64,000 nucleotides of DNA from an uncultured bacterium (GCA_965371515.1 CBDUYR010000001.1:32001-96000), one strand, 5' to 3'; positions 29,392-41,114 are shown, numbered from the stretch's first letter. Made by a program: numbers and translations. The notes: generated by a model not told the origin, from the letters alone.

Positions 29392-32300
29392 TTGAACTTC
29401 CATGAAAAAGCATGGAGAAGTATCTCCATCGCCGCCATCGCAGTAATCGTGATCGTCCTCGTCGCCGGGCCTTGCCGTGCGGGTGAGAGCGAGGATTTCC
29501 GTTTTGCAAAGAGGCTGCAGCGCGACAGGATGTTTGTCGCTGCCGCGGAGGAGTTCCTCCGGTTCTCCGAGAAATACCCGGCCAGCACGCTGCGAGCATC
29601 GGCCCTCTTCTCGGCCGGCGAATGCTGGATGCAGGCCGGACGGGCGAACGATGCCCTTTCGACATTCGAGAGGCAGCTCGCCGACTATCCCGGGAACGAG
29701 AACTCCTGCAAGGCGAGGTTCTACAGGGGGACGATCCTGAAGACACTCAAGCGTTTCAGGGAGGCCGCCGACGAGCTGATGATCATACCAGAGACTTCGG
29801 GGAGCTGCCCCCTGGAGGGCAGGGCACTCCTCGAGGCGGGGGAATGCCTCATCGCGGCCGGTGATGCGCGCGAGGCGGTGACCGTTCTCAGGCGCGCCTC
29901 CGATCCGGCGAGATATCCGGATCAGGCCCCGAGGGCGGGATACAGCCTGGCAATCGCGCTGGTGAACACAGGCAGGGACCTCGAAGCGGAAAAGATACTG
30001 AAGGAAACGGTCGGGAAATACCCGATGTCGCCGATAGCGGCCCTCGCCATGATGAAACTCGGTGACAGGGCTCTCGCAAGGGGCGAATCGGCCGAGGCTG
30101 CCCGGTATTTCAGGAAAGCGGCCGATGATTACAATGAAGCTTCCCTCCGCGAGAAAGCGATCTCGAAGCTGCTCGAGGCCGCTCACAGAGCGGGCGACGA
30201 GAAGATGGTGCTGAAAACAGCCGACGAATACATAAAATTTTTTCCCGAAGGCGCCGGTCGCCCCCGGGCATATACGCTGGGGATAAACTCAGCCCGCGAT
30301 CTCGGAGAGCGGGACAGGGCGATCTCGATGATAGATTCGTGGCGGTCAGAGGAGGGGTACTCCGACCCCGACGGCGGGTTCAGCCTGATGAGGGCCTCGC
30401 TGCTCGAGGAGAAGGGAAAGACGGGGGACGCGCTCGCCGAGCTCGGAAGATTCAGGCGGTCGTTTCCGGCATCCGTACTTCTAGTCGAGGCGCTACTGCT
30501 CGAGGGACGCCTGCTCGAAAAATCGAAACGATACGATGACGCAGTCCTGAGGTACGATATCGCGCTTGCCGAGGGAGCTGCGGGCGAAGAGAAACTCGAG
30601 ACGCTCGGACGCCTCGCGGAGATATCGGCCGAACAGCTCTCCGATACGCTGGCCGCCCTGAGGTACTGGGGCATGATCGCCTCGGCGGACCGGGGCGGCG
30701 GGAAGGGCGAGGAAGCACTCTGGCGTTCGGCCGCCGTCAGGGAGGCCGCCGGCGACATGCGCGGCGCGGCGGCGGATCTGCACAGGATCGAAAGGGAATA
30801 TCACGGGGGGAAATACGCTACGGAGGCGGCGGAACGGGCCATCCGGCTCGAACTGCTCGCCGGTCCGGGTGGGGACGCAGAGGGAGCGCTGGCGCGTCTC
30901 GCCGTAGACGGCGCCGTCACAGGCGGGATGCGTTACCTCGAGACGGGGAGGATCCTGCTCGTGGAAGCGGGAAGACACAGCGAGGCTGCCCATTATCTCG
31001 AACGGGCCCTCAAGTCAGAAATACCGGACGGGGAGAAGGCGAAGGCGAGGTACTACCTCGGCAACGCCCGCGCGCTGGGTTACGAGATATCGATGGCGAC
31101 AGGAAGCCCCGACGACGGACTGCGAAAGAGCGCGATCGACGAATGGTGGAAGGTCGCGCGCGAGGCCCCCGGCACGGAATGGGGAGGGAGATCCCACCGC
31201 GCGTGGCTCGGGTACAGGCTCGACGAATGGGATATCGACGGCAGGCTCAAGAGGCTCGACGAGTTCCTCGGCTATTACGGGTCGAGCGGCGGCCACTACT
31301 GGTGGGCGCAGGGCAGGAAACTCGAATATCTCTACGACGCTTCTCCGGGCAGGGACGACTGGGCCGCCGACAGCGCGCTGGCAGTGACCGGGCTGTTCCT
31401 GGACAACGCCTCTCCGGCGAAGGGGAAGAAGGAAGCCCTCCTCAAATCGGGTTACCTCCACAGGATGAAGGGCGACGCCGGAAGGGCCGAGTCGGCGCTG
31501 GCATCGTTCGCCGGCAGATACCCTGACGACTACAGGACGGTCTCCGTGCTGTACGATCTCGGCGAGACGAACCTCTCGCAGAAGAATTACGCGAAAGCGC
31601 TCGAGGCCTACGAGGCATGTCTTGCCAAGGGGCCCCCGAGGCGACTCGAGGGCAGGTGTATGCTCCGTGCGGGCGACTGTGCGTACTATATGCATGAATA
31701 CAGCAGGGCGGCGGAAAAGTACGCGACCCTTGCGAGGCATAATCCTCCCACCGGGCTCGAAGACGAGGCGGCCTACAGGCAGGCTCTCGCACTGAGGCAG
31801 GCCGGCAGGGGGGACGAAGCCGATGAGATACTGCGGTCACTCTACGAGCGGGCCGATCTGTCTCCGGGTCTGCGAGCGAGGGTGCTCGAGCTGACCGGGA
31901 GACGTATGGCCGAGACGGGCGATCACGCTGCCGCGCGGAACATGTTCGAGGAGCTTTGCGGCATGCGCAAGACGTCCGGTTCCCTGACCCTTCTCGCCGA
32001 GACACTCCTCGAGCTAGGTGAATCGAAGGACGCCGTAAAGCGGTTCGAAGAGGCGATCAGGCTCGAGGGATCCGACACCTGCCGGATCCTCTCCGGGAGG
32101 TCGAGGTCGTATTATTCCGCCGGCGAATCGAAGAAGGGGAACCGTGACCTCGACGGGCTGATCCGGCAGTGCCCGGGTCACATCGGGACGGCGCCGGCCC
32201 TCCTCGCCCGCGGTGAGGCGGCCGTCGAAGCGGGCGACTGCGCGGGGGCGGCGGAGACGCTCGAATACCTGCGCGAGCATTACGCCGGCTCGGAGGCAGC

Positions 32301-33039
32301 CGCCGGAGCGCTTTACCAGCTGGCCCTCTGCGACATCCGACGGGGGGGATATGCGGAGGCGATAGAGAGGCTCGGGCTCTTTCTCAGGGAGTCCCCCGAA
32401 TCGCCGATGACCGGCCAGGTCTATTTCAAACTGGCCACCTCGCACTACGCTTCCGGTAACCATAACCTCGCCGCCTCGAACTACGCCCTGGCCGCCGAAT
32501 CGATGACAGACCGCGAGAGAAAATACACGGCGATGGCGAATCTCGCCCGGGTCTACCAGGAGCTCGAGGAGTGGGAAAAGGCAGGTGACGTCTGGAAGGA
32601 CGTGACCGAGCAGTTCCCCGAGAGGGATGGCATTATCGAGACCTTCTTCAAACTGGGATTCTGCTACAGTCAGTCAGGCGACTTCGAACTGGCCTGGGGT
32701 GTGTACAGAAGGATACCGGCCGTCGCGGTCACGGAGGAACAGCAGGGCAGGGCCCATTACTGGGCGGGGATATCGCTGAAGAACCTCGGCCGCTTCGACG
32801 AGGCGGTCCGCGAGTTCCTCCGCGTTCCGTACCTGAAGACGGGCGGCATGTGGGGCGTCACCTCGAAGCTCGAGGCGGCGGTCTGCTATGAGAGGCTCGG
32901 CAGGATCGACGAGGCGAAGATCATATACGCGAAGATAGTCTCGTCTCACGGAGAGAACTCCAACTGGGGCTCGATGGCGAAAAAGTCTCTCGACAGGCTG
33001 GAGGCCGGACAACAGCAGCCGGAAAACAACGGAGAGTGA
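29392..33039 (+). CDS. Large exported tetratricopeptide-repeat protein
   Basis: TTG start after GGAGG. Signal peptide, then CpoB/BamD-like TPR units (..KYP.S...ALF..GE) along the full 1215 aa. Confidence 0.85.
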   Translation: MNFHEKAWRSISIAAIAVIVIVLVAGPCRAGESEDFRFAKRLQRDRMFVAAAEEFLRFSEKYPASTLRASALFSAGECWMQAGRANDALSTFERQLADYPGNENSCKARFYRGTILKTLKRFREAADELMIIPETSGSCPLEGRALLEAGECLIAAGDAREAVTVLRRASDPARYPDQAPRAGYSLAIALVNTGRDLEAEKILKETVGKYPMSPIAALAMMKLGDRALARGESAEAARYFRKAADDYNEASLREKAISKLLEAAHRAGDEKMVLKTADEYIKFFPEGAGRPRAYTLGINSARDLGERDRAISMIDSWRSEEGYSDPDGGFSLMRASLLEEKGKTGDALAELGRFRRSFPASVLLVEALLLEGRLLEKSKRYDDAVLRYDIALAEGAAGEEKLETLGRLAEISAEQLSDTLAALRYWGMIASADRGGGKGEEALWRSAAVREAAGDMRGAAADLHRIEREYHGGKYATEAAERAIRLELLAGPGGDAEGALARLAVDGAVTGGMRYLETGRILLVEAGRHSEAAHYLERALKSEIPDGEKAKARYYLGNARALGYEISMATGSPDDGLRKSAIDEWWKVAREAPGTEWGGRSHRAWLGYRLDEWDIDGRLKRLDEFLGYYGSSGGHYWWAQGRKLEYLYDASPGRDDWAADSALAVTGLFLDNASPAKGKKEALLKSGYLHRMKGDAGRAESALASFAGRYPDDYRTVSVLYDLGETNLSQKNYAKALEAYEACLAKGPPRRLEGRCMLRAGDCAYYMHEYSRAAEKYATLARHNPPTGLEDEAAYRQALALRQAGRGDEADEILRSLYERADLSPGLRARVLELTGRRMAETGDHAAARNMFEELCGMRKTSGSLTLLAETLLELGESKDAVKRFEEAIRLEGSDTCRILSGRSRSYYSAGESKKGNRDLDGLIRQCPGHIGTAPALLARGEAAVEAGDCAGAAETLEYLREHYAGSEAAAGALYQLALCDIRRGGYAEAIERLGLFLRESPESPMTGQVYFKLATSHYASGNHNLAASNYALAAESMTDRERKYTAMANLARVYQELEEWEKAGDVWKDVTEQFPERDGIIETFFKLGFCYSQSGDFELAWGVYRRIPAVAVTEEQQGRAHYWAGISLKNLGRFDEAVREFLRVPYLKTGGMWGVTSKLEAAVCYERLGRIDEAKIIYAKIVSSHGENSNWGSMAKKSLDRLEAGQQQPENNGE

Positions 33040-33070
33040 TCCGGAAGTGACGGGCAGGAAGGGCGGCCGA

Positions 33071-35914
33071 ATGGCTCATGAAGACCTCATTGTCAGAGGC
33101 GCCAGGGAGCACAATCTCAAGAATATCACAGTGACCATTCCGCGCGGGAAGTTCGTGGTCATCACCGGCCTGAGCGGCTCGGGAAAATCCTCGCTCGCCT
33201 TCGACACTATCTACGCCGAGGGCCAGAGACGGTACGTCGAGTCGTTGTCGAGTTACGCGAGGCAGTTCCTCGAGCAGATGGAGAAACCCGATGTAGACTC
33301 CATCGAGGGCCTCTCTCCCGCGATATCCATAGATCAGAAGACGACCTCGAGGAATCCCCGGTCGACCGTGGGGACTATTACCGAGATACACGACTACCTC
33401 AGGGTGCTCTTCGCCCGTGCGGGCGAGCCGCACTGTCCCGGATGCAGACGGCCGATCAGACGACAGACCGTCGCGCAGATCGTCGACAGGCTGACCGCCG
33501 CCGGGAAGGGCAGGAAGCTCGTCATCATGGCTCCGGTGGTGAGGGGCCGCAAGGGCGAGCACAGGGCGCTCCTCGAGAAGTTCGCGAAGGACGGGTTCAC
33601 CAGGGCGAGGGTCGACGGGGAGATGTTCGACCTCGGCGAGGAGATCGTACTCGACAAGAAACGCAAGCACGACATAGAAGTGATCGTCGACCGCGTGACG
33701 ATCAAGCCCGGCGTCGAGAGGCGTCTGGCCGACTCTGCCGAGACGGCGGCAAGGGCGGGGGAAGGGATCATCATGGTCCTGCAGGGAGGCGAGGAGACAT
33801 TGTACAGTCTCGAGTATGCGTGCCCGTACTGCGGCGGAGGACTCGGCGAGATATCTCCGAGGATGTTCTCGTTCAACTCTCCCTACGGGGCCTGCCCGAC
33901 CTGCCACGGCCTCGGTACGACTAACGATTTTGCCGAGGAGCTTCTCGTGCCCGACCCGAAGCTGAGCGTCGCCGATGGCGCGCTCGCATCGATCGGTTCA
34001 CCCAAGGCGAACTGGTTCCGGCTGAGACTCGATGCCCTCGCCGAGCTCCACGGATTCTCCCTCCACAAGCCGTTCGGAAAGCTCTCGAAGAAGGCACGCA
34101 GAATGATACTCGACGGGACCGACGACGAGATCGTCGTCCAGTACGACTTCGAACGTGGGAAGGGTGAGTACTATACGAATTGGGAGGGAATAATACCGAA
34201 CCTGCGCCGCCGTTACCATCAGACCCGTTCCGAGGCGGTAAGACGCTGGATAGAGACCTTCATGACATCGAGCCCATGCTCCGACTGCCGCGGCACGCGG
34301 CTCAAGCCGGAGAGCCTCTCCGTTACCCTTGGTGGCCGAAATATCGCCGAGGTATCGTCGCTGACGATCGAGAGGGCGTCGGAGTTCTTCGGATCGCTCG
34401 GCCTCGAAGGCAACAGGGCGATCATCGGCGGCCCGCTCCTGAGGGAGATCACGTCGAGGCTGCAGTTCCTGCGCAACGTAGGGCTCGACTACCTCTCGCT
34501 CGACCGCTCGGCCGGCACGCTGGCAGGCGGCGAAGCGCAGAGGATAAGACTCGCCACGCAGATCGGATCGAAGCTCGTGGGCGTCCTCTACATACTCGAC
34601 GAGCCGTCGATCGGTCTTCACCAGTGCGACAACGCGAGGCTGATCGCCACCCTCAAGGAGCTGCGCGACGCGGGCAACACGGTCATCGTGATCGAGCACG
34701 ACAGGGACACGATCCTCTCCGCCGACCATGTCATCGACCTCGGGCCGGGCGCGGGAGAGCACGGAGGCGAAGTCGTCGCCGAAGGGACCCCCGACGAGAT
34801 CTCGGCGGTCGAAAGCAGCCTCACCGGCAGGTATCTCGCCAGGGAGAGATTCTTCGAATTGAAGAGCGGCAACGGGAGGGGCACCGGCGAGGCCCTGGTC
34901 CTCAGGGGAGCGCGTGAGCACAACCTGAAAAATATCACCGTCGAGTTCCCGCTCGGCCGTCTTATATGCGTCACAGGCGTCTCCGGCTCGGGAAAGAGCA
35001 CGCTCATCGGGGACGTTCTCTACAGGGCGCTCCACAGGATCTTCTACCGCAGCACGAGGCTCGCCGGCCGGCACGACGGGATCGACGGAGTCGAACATAT
35101 CGACAAGGTAATCAACATAGACCAGTCCCCGATCGGGAGGACGCCGAGATCGAACCCGGCGACCTACACCGGGATCTTCGGTCCGATCAGGGACCTCTTT
35201 TCGAGGCTCCCCGAATCTCAGGTCCGCGGCTACAAGCCGGGGAGGTTCAGTTTCAATGTCAAGGGCGGCAGGTGCGAGACATGCAGGGGAGGGGGGATGA
35301 TCAAGGTCGAGATGCATTTTCTCCCCGACGTCTACGTTCACTGCCAGCAGTGCAAGGGGAAACGCTACAACAGGGAGACGCTCGAGGTCACATTCAAGAA
35401 CCTCAACATCGCCGAGGTCCTCGAAATGACCGTTGACGAGGCGCACGATTTCTTTAAGAATATCCCTTCCGTGAGGAGGAAGCTGAAAGTGCTCAGGGAG
35501 GTCGGGCTCGGGTACATCCGTCTCGGCCAGCCCGCGACGACCCTGTCGGGCGGGGAGGCGCAGAGGGTCAAGCTTTCGTCCGAGCTTTCCAAGGTCAGCA
35601 CAGGGAGAACGTTCTATATACTGGACGAGCCCAGCACGGGCCTCCACTTCGAGGACGTCAAGATGCTGATGAGCGTTCTCGACAGGCTCGTCGAGAAGGG
35701 TAACACGGTGCTCGTCATCGAGCACAATCCCGATATCATAAGGTTCGCCGACCATATCGTCGACCTCGGCCCGGAGGGAGGAGAGCGCGGCGGCGAAGTA
35801 GTATACACCGGTTCGCCGGCCGGCATCACCGGCTGCGACGGCTCGCACACGGGCGGTATGCTCAAGCGGTATGTCCGGACCGCAAACAGGAAGAGAAAAA
35901 AGAACAAATCCTGA
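33071..35914 (+). CDS. uvrA: Excinuclease ABC subunit A
   Basis: GAREHNLKN twice, [18 protein letters not shown], Zn fingers and LSGGEAQR. Confidence 0.98.
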   Translation: MAHEDLIVRGAREHNLKNITVTIPRGKFVVITGLSGSGKSSLAFDTIYAEGQRRYVESLSSYARQFLEQMEKPDVDSIEGLSPAISIDQKTTSRNPRSTVGTITEIHDYLRVLFARAGEPHCPGCRRPIRRQTVAQIVDRLTAAGKGRKLVIMAPVVRGRKGEHRALLEKFAKDGFTRARVDGEMFDLGEEIVLDKKRKHDIEVIVDRVTIKPGVERRLADSAETAARAGEGIIMVLQGGEETLYSLEYACPYCGGGLGEISPRMFSFNSPYGACPTCHGLGTTNDFAEELLVPDPKLSVADGALASIGSPKANWFRLRLDALAELHGFSLHKPFGKLSKKARRMILDGTDDEIVVQYDFERGKGEYYTNWEGIIPNLRRRYHQTRSEAVRRWIETFMTSSPCSDCRGTRLKPESLSVTLGGRNIAEVSSLTIERASEFFGSLGLEGNRAIIGGPLLREITSRLQFLRNVGLDYLSLDRSAGTLAGGEAQRIRLATQIGSKLVGVLYILDEPSIGLHQCDNARLIATLKELRDAGNTVIVIEHDRDTILSADHVIDLGPGAGEHGGEVVAEGTPDEISAVESSLTGRYLARERFFELKSGNGRGTGEALVLRGAREHNLKNITVEFPLGRLICVTGVSGSGKSTLIGDVLYRALHRIFYRSTRLAGRHDGIDGVEHIDKVINIDQSPIGRTPRSNPATYTGIFGPIRDLFSRLPESQVRGYKPGRFSFNVKGGRCETCRGGGMIKVEMHFLPDVYVHCQQCKGKRYNRETLEVTFKNLNIAEVLEMTVDEAHDFFKNIPSVRRKLKVLREVGLGYIRLGQPATTLSGGEAQRVKLSSELSKVSTGRTFYILDEPSTGLHFEDVKMLMSVLDRLVEKGNTVLVIEHNPDIIRFADHIVDLGPEGGERGGEVVYTGSPAGITGCDGSHTGGMLKRYVRTANRKRKKNKS

Positions 35915-35938
35915 CCTGTACTGGAAAGAGAGGATCAG

Positions 35939-37048
35939 ATGGCCCTGAAGACACCCCTTTACGATTCGCACGTCGAGAGAGAGGGCAGGATAGTAGAGTT
36001 TGCCGGATTCCTCATGCCGGTCACCTTCGAGGGGATCGTTGCAGAGCACGAGATAGTCCGCACGAAGGTCGGTCTCTTCGACGTGAGCCACATGGGAGAG
36101 ATCTTTATCACCGGGCCGGGAGCGATTGATTTCGCCGACTACGCAGTAACGAACTCGGTAGCGAATCTCGACGAGGGGCAGATCTGCTATACCGTATGCT
36201 GCAACGAAAAGGGACATGTCCTCGACGACCTGCTCGTATACAGATTTTCAGATGAACGGGTGTTGTTTGTCGTGAATGCCGTCAACGTCGTGAAGATCTT
36301 CGAGCACCTTCTGTCTATAGCGCCCGACGGCCTGAAGCTCAGGAACCTCACAGCCGGTATCGGACAGATCGCCGTCCAGGGACCGGCCTCGGCAGACCTG
36401 CTCGCGTCCGATCCGTTCTTTTCGCGAGTGGCGGACGGGATCAGGGAACTGCAGTACTACAGGTTCTTCACCTTCGAACACGAGGGTTCGGAGATCCTCC
36501 TGTCGAGGACCGGGTACACGGGAGAGCGTGGTTACGAGATATATCTCCCCGCCGGTATGGCGAAGGGAATCTGGGACGGATTGCTCGACGGGGGCAGAGA
36601 GTACGGTGCCGCACCGATCGGCCTCGGGGCGAGGGATACGCTGAGGTTCGAGCCGGGGTACTGTCTCTATGGACACGAACTGGACGAGGAAACCTCGCCG
36701 CTCGAGGCGGGGCTCTCCTGGGTGGTGAAGCTGAAGAAGGACGATTTCGTCGGCCGCGAGGCGCTTGCCAGGGAGAAGGATGAAAAGCCGGCCCGAAAGC
36801 TGATCGGGCTCGAGGTCATGGGCAAGGGGATCCCCCGGCAGGGATTCGCCGTCCATCACGACGGCGAGACGGTCGGGAAGGTGACCTCCGGCACATTCTC
36901 GCCGACGCTGAAGAAGGCGCTTGCCATGGCGCTCGTTAAAAGGTCTGTACCGAAGAAGGCGGAAGGGATTACAATCGACATCCGCGGCAGGGCCGCATCC
37001 GCCGTGCGAACGCCGCTGCCGTTTTACAAGGGCAGCGTAAATGACTGA
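35939..37048 (+). CDS. gcvT: Glycine cleavage system aminomethyltransferase T
   Basis: GLFDVSHMG, SRTGYTGE and GLGARDTLR motifs. Confidence 0.97.
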   Translation: MALKTPLYDSHVEREGRIVEFAGFLMPVTFEGIVAEHEIVRTKVGLFDVSHMGEIFITGPGAIDFADYAVTNSVANLDEGQICYTVCCNEKGHVLDDLLVYRFSDERVLFVVNAVNVVKIFEHLLSIAPDGLKLRNLTAGIGQIAVQGPASADLLASDPFFSRVADGIRELQYYRFFTFEHEGSEILLSRTGYTGERGYEIYLPAGMAKGIWDGLLDGGREYGAAPIGLGARDTLRFEPGYCLYGHELDEETSPLEAGLSWVVKLKKDDFVGREALAREKDEKPARKLIGLEVMGKGIPRQGFAVHHDGETVGKVTSGTFSPTLKKALAMALVKRSVPKKAEGITIDIRGRAASAVRTPLPFYKGSVND

Positions 37049-37104
37049 ATGAAGCATAGAGCAGACTGCCGGAACGGGGACTCTCTTTAAAAGGAAGGTG
37101 TGCG

Positions 37105-37491
37105 ATGGTTCCTGAAGAATGCACTTACACCAAAGATCACGAATGGGTATATCACGAGGGCGGCGTCGCCGTCATCGGGATCAGCGAGTACGCTGTGACG
37201 GAGCTCGGAGATATCGTCTTCATCGAGTTGCTCGAGCAGGAATCGAACGTCAAACAGATGGATCCGATCGGCACTATCGAAGCGGTCAAGACAGTGGCGG
37301 AGCTCTTCTCGCCGGTGAGCGGGGAGATCATCGAGGTCAACGAGGCGATCATCGAGCACCCCGAGATCGTAAACCGCGACCCGTTCGAGGAAGGGTGGTT
37401 CATCAAGATAAAGATGAACGATCCCGGAGAGCTCGACAACCTGTTCAGCTTCGAAGAGTATTCGGAATTCCTGGGCGAGCAGGAGCATTGA
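37105..37491 (+). CDS. gcvH: Glycine cleavage system H protein
   Basis: YTKDHEW and lipoyl-lysine motif EAVKTV. Confidence 0.97.
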   Translation: MVPEECTYTKDHEWVYHEGGVAVIGISEYAVTELGDIVFIELLEQESNVKQMDPIGTIEAVKTVAELFSPVSGEIIEVNEAIIEHPEIVNRDPFEEGWFIKIKMNDPGELDNLFSFEEYSEFLGEQEH

Positions 37492-37513
37492 GAGATAACG
37501 GCAAGGAAGGTCG

Positions 37514-38869
37514 ATGAGCTACGTTCAGAACACCGACAGTGACAGGCTCGAGATGCTGAAAGAGGCAGGGGCCTCTTCCTTCGAAAAACTGCTCGAGCCG
37601 ATAGACGTGAAGCTTCGCGTCGACGGCGGCCTCGATATCGGCCCCCCGATGAGCGAGGCCGAGGTTGCCTCGAGGCTCGGCGCCCTCGCCTCGGCGAACA
37701 GCCCTGCCTCGGAGATGGTCAGCTTCCTCGGGGGCGGTATCTACGACAGGTTCATACCCGCGACCGTGAGATACGTCCTCTCGCGGAGCGAGTTCTACAC
37801 GTCTTACACTCCCTACCAGGCGGAAGTAAGCCAGGGCACCCTTCAAGCGATATACGAGTACCAGACGATGATAGCCCGCCTCACGGCGATGGATGCGGCG
37901 AACGCCTCTATGTACGATGCCTCCACGGCGCTCGCCGAGGCGATGCTTATGGCCGCCGCGATCAAGCGCACCGGGAGGGTCATCGTTCCGGCCTCGCTTG
38001 CCAGGAGAGTGCGGGCCGTGCTGGACAGCTACGCGGTGGGGAAGGGTGTCGTCATAGACGAGGTTCCATTCGGCGACGACGGAACGATTGACAGGGAGAG
38101 GCTTGCGGAGATGCTGTCCGGGAAGGCCGCTGCAGTCGTGCTGGCCCAGCCGAACTACTTTGGGCTGATCGAGGACGCGCGGGCTGTTTCCGGTATGGCG
38201 CACGAGGCCGGAGCGCTGCTGGTCGTCCTCGCCGATCCAGTGTCGCTTGCGCTGATCGAGCCGCCCGGAGAATACGACGCCGACATCGTGGTGGGGGAGG
38301 GCCAGTCGCTCGGTATCGCCCAGAGCTTCGGGGGTCCGCTGCTCGGTTTTCTGGCGGCGAAGACGCCGTACCTCAGAAAATGTCCCGGCCGCCTGATCAG
38401 TGCGGCAGTAGACGTCGATGGGAACAGGGGATATACGATGACTCTCCAGACACGCGAACAGCATATCAGGAGGGAAAATGCGACATCGAACATATGTACC
38501 AACGAGGGCCTCGTAGCCCTTGCCGCCTCGGTCTACCTCGCCACCCTCGGCGAGGACGGCTTCAGGGAGGTGGCGCTGCAGAGCGCTTCGAAGGCAAGGA
38601 CTCTCTACCGGATGCTTGCGGAGGCCGGCGGCGTCGGCCTGCCGTTCGGCGAGAACTTTTTCCAGGAATTTGTCATGACCGTACCCGGCGGCGCGGACGC
38701 GTTCGTAGCGAAGGCGAGAAAGCGCGGCGTGCTGGCGGGGATTCCGCTCGGGAAGGATTTCCCCTCGCTCGGCGGCGATGCGATCCTCGTTGCCGTGACA
38801 GAGAAGCGCACAAGGGCGGAGCTCGAGCTGTTCCGTGATCTGGCGACGGGGAAGGGGGGTGCGGCATGA
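37514..38869 (+). CDS. gcvPA: Glycine dehydrogenase subunit 1
   Basis: YTPYQAEVSQG and TREQHIRRENATSNICTN motifs. Confidence 0.96.
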   Translation: MSYVQNTDSDRLEMLKEAGASSFEKLLEPIDVKLRVDGGLDIGPPMSEAEVASRLGALASANSPASEMVSFLGGGIYDRFIPATVRYVLSRSEFYTSYTPYQAEVSQGTLQAIYEYQTMIARLTAMDAANASMYDASTALAEAMLMAAAIKRTGRVIVPASLARRVRAVLDSYAVGKGVVIDEVPFGDDGTIDRERLAEMLSGKAAAVVLAQPNYFGLIEDARAVSGMAHEAGALLVVLADPVSLALIEPPGEYDADIVVGEGQSLGIAQSFGGPLLGFLAAKTPYLRKCPGRLISAAVDVDGNRGYTMTLQTREQHIRRENATSNICTNEGLVALAASVYLATLGEDGFREVALQSASKARTLYRMLAEAGGVGLPFGENFFQEFVMTVPGGADAFVAKARKRGVLAGIPLGKDFPSLGGDAILVAVTEKRTRAELELFRDLATGKGGAA

Positions 38870-40320
38870 GCACAACGATATTCGAAAAAGGCACGGCCGG
38901 AAAGAGCGGAAACTTCATAGCGGCGAACGACTGTCCCGTCGAGGATCTGGGTTTCGCGCACCCGCGCGGCGGAGAGATCGGCCTGCCCCGCATAGGCGAG
39001 CAGGACCTGATCAGGCACTACGTAGAGCTCGCTTCGAAGAACTATCACATAGACAAGGGGATGTATCCCCTCGGCAGCTGCACGATGAAATACAACCCCG
39101 TGATCAACGAGGAGGTGGCGGGACTCGGCGGGTTCACCGGGCTCCATCCCCTCCAGTCTGAGGAGGATGTGCAGGGCGCGCTCGAGCTGATGTATGAGCT
39201 CGAGTCGGACCTCTGCGAGATCTGCGGGATGAGCGCGTTCAGCCTGCAGCCGGTCGCAGGCGCCCACGGGGAACTGACGGGGATGATGATCGCGAGGGAC
39301 TGGTTCCGCCGCAGAGGAGAGGAGAGGAAGACTGTCCTCGTCCCCGATTCGGCGCACGGCACCAACCCGGCGAGTGTCGTTATCTGCGGGTTCACGCCGA
39401 AGACGATCCAGTCGAACGAAGCGGGGCTCATCGATCCCGATGCGCTCGAGAGAGAGGTGGGTGCCGATACGGCGGTCCTCATGCTGACGCTGCCCAACAC
39501 GCTCGGCCTGTTCGAGAGAGACATCGAGCGGATAATCAGGATCGTCCATGACGCCGGCGCCCTGATCTATATGGACGGCGCGAACATGAACGCCCTGCTG
39601 GGCATAGTCCGCCCGGGCGCGATAGGCGTCGACATCATGCACGTGAACCTTCACAAGACCTTCTCCACGCCGCACGGCGGCGGCGGCCCCGGATCGGGGC
39701 CGGTCGGAGTGCGGGAACATCTCGCCGGGCTGCTTCCCGTGCCGAGGGTCGTGAAGGAGAACGGCCGGTTCTCCCTGGAAGAGGATATCGAGGAGTCGAT
39801 CGGCAGGGTCCACCCGTGGTTCGGCAACTTCAATGTTTTCGTCAAGGCATTCGCTTATATCAAGGCGCTCGGCGGCGAGGGCCTCAGGGAGACATCGGAG
39901 AACGCGATCATAAACGCCAATTACCTGATGAAGAAGGTCGAGGAACACTACGACATCAAGTATCCCGGCCGGTGCATGCACGAGTTCGTAGCCTCTGGAA
40001 GGAATCTCAGGCAGTTCGGTGTAAAGACGGTCGATGTGGCCAAGCGGCTGCTCGACTACGGCCTTCATGCCCCGACGGTCTACTTCCCCCTGATCGTCGA
40101 GGAGGCTCTTATGATCGAGCCGGTCGAGACGGAGAAGAAGGAGACCCTGGACCATTTTGCCGATGTGATGGCGGCGATAGCGAAAGAAGCCGAAGAGAAT
40201 CCGGAGATCCTCCACGAGGCGCCGGTGACGACGCCGGTGAGGCGTCTCGACGAAGTATCTGCGGCCCGCAGCCCGGAACTCTGCTGGCCCGGCGAGGAAT
40301 GCATGCCCGGGGAGGACTGA
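38866..40320 (+). CDS. gcvPB: Glycine dehydrogenase subunit 2
   Basis: PLGSCTMKYNP and PLP-lysine motif NLHKTFSTPHGGGGPG. Confidence 0.96.
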   Translation: MSTTIFEKGTAGKSGNFIAANDCPVEDLGFAHPRGGEIGLPRIGEQDLIRHYVELASKNYHIDKGMYPLGSCTMKYNPVINEEVAGLGGFTGLHPLQSEEDVQGALELMYELESDLCEICGMSAFSLQPVAGAHGELTGMMIARDWFRRRGEERKTVLVPDSAHGTNPASVVICGFTPKTIQSNEAGLIDPDALEREVGADTAVLMLTLPNTLGLFERDIERIIRIVHDAGALIYMDGANMNALLGIVRPGAIGVDIMHVNLHKTFSTPHGGGGPGSGPVGVREHLAGLLPVPRVVKENGRFSLEEDIEESIGRVHPWFGNFNVFVKAFAYIKALGGEGLRETSENAIINANYLMKKVEEHYDIKYPGRCMHEFVASGRNLRQFGVKTVDVAKRLLDYGLHAPTVYFPLIVEEALMIEPVETEKKETLDHFADVMAAIAKEAEENPEILHEAPVTTPVRRLDEVSAARSPELCWPGEECMPGED

Positions 40321-41114
40321 TGGCGGGATGGTTCCTGATCGACGACGAGCCGGCGAGCGGTGCGAGAAACATGGCCGTCGACGAGTTTCTACTGAAAAGA
40401 GCCGAAAACGAAGGCGGAGCCCCGGTGCTCCGCCTTTATTCATTCAGCCCGCCGGCGATCACGATCGGTTACAATCAGGATATGGATCGCGCGATCGACA
40501 TGGCGGCGGTCGCGGCCGATGGGCTCGATGTCGTCAGGAGGGTAACGGGTGGAAGGGCTCTCCTGCACGACGGGGAGCTGACCTACTCTGTGACAGCGCC
40601 TCTCGGCCAGCCGTTCGGGCAGGGGCTCGCCGGTACCTTCCTCGCCATAGCCGGGGTGATCGTCTCGGCCCTCCGCTGCGCCGGTGTTACAGCGGAGACA
40701 GGGGGAACCCGGCACGGAAGAGGTGAGAGCGCGATGTCGTCACCCTGCCTCGTCTCAACGAGCAGGCACGAAATAACGGCCGGAGGAAAGAAGATCTCGG
40801 GGAGCGCGCAGAGGAGGACCGGCCGGGCATTCATACAGCACGGATCGATCCTGCTCCGCAGCGGCTCCGAAAGAATTGAACATTACCTGCGCGGTGGATG
40901 GAAGGGACTTGCCGGGATGATCACGACAGTCGAGGCCGAGACGGGGGATCCCGGAAAGGAAAGGGAGCTGCGCGGCCATATAATGGACCGATTCGGCGAG
41001 AGGTTCGGCGGGGAGCCGGAGGAGCTCGTCTTTTCTGAAACAGATCTGGCCGCGATAGAATCGGCGGTGGCGGAGAAGGATGCCGAGCTCTTCGCCGGAA
41101 AGGCGGAACGGTGA
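40320..41114 (+). CDS. Lipoate-protein ligase family, catalytic domain only (LipM-like octanoyltransferase)
   Basis: ATG overlaps the gcvPB stop. NMAVDE, RRVTGGRALLH, KISGSAQRR and QHGSIL motifs; about 264 aa. Confidence 0.85.
   Translation: MAGWFLIDDEPASGARNMAVDEFLLKRAENEGGAPVLRLYSFSPPAITIGYNQDMDRAIDMAAVAADGLDVVRRVTGGRALLHDGELTYSVTAPLGQPFGQGLAGTFLAIAGVIVSALRCAGVTAETGGTRHGRGESAMSSPCLVSTSRHEITAGGKKISGSAQRRTGRAFIQHGSILLRSGSERIEHYLRGGWKGLAGMITTVEAETGDPGKERELRGHIMDRFGERFGGEPEELVFSETDLAAIESAVAEKDAELFAGKAER

Noticed and set aside
33998..36217. Long antisense ORFs (739 aa here; also 12802-14523, 38605-40443, 52176-53750 and others)
   Set aside because: They mirror well-conserved genes, have no recognisable motifs, and are the expected shadow of biased high-GC codon usage.
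37049..37104. Possible glycine riboswitch between gcvT and gcvH
   Set aside because: Only 56 bp, and lacks the GGAGA / CCGAAG / CUCUCAGG core.
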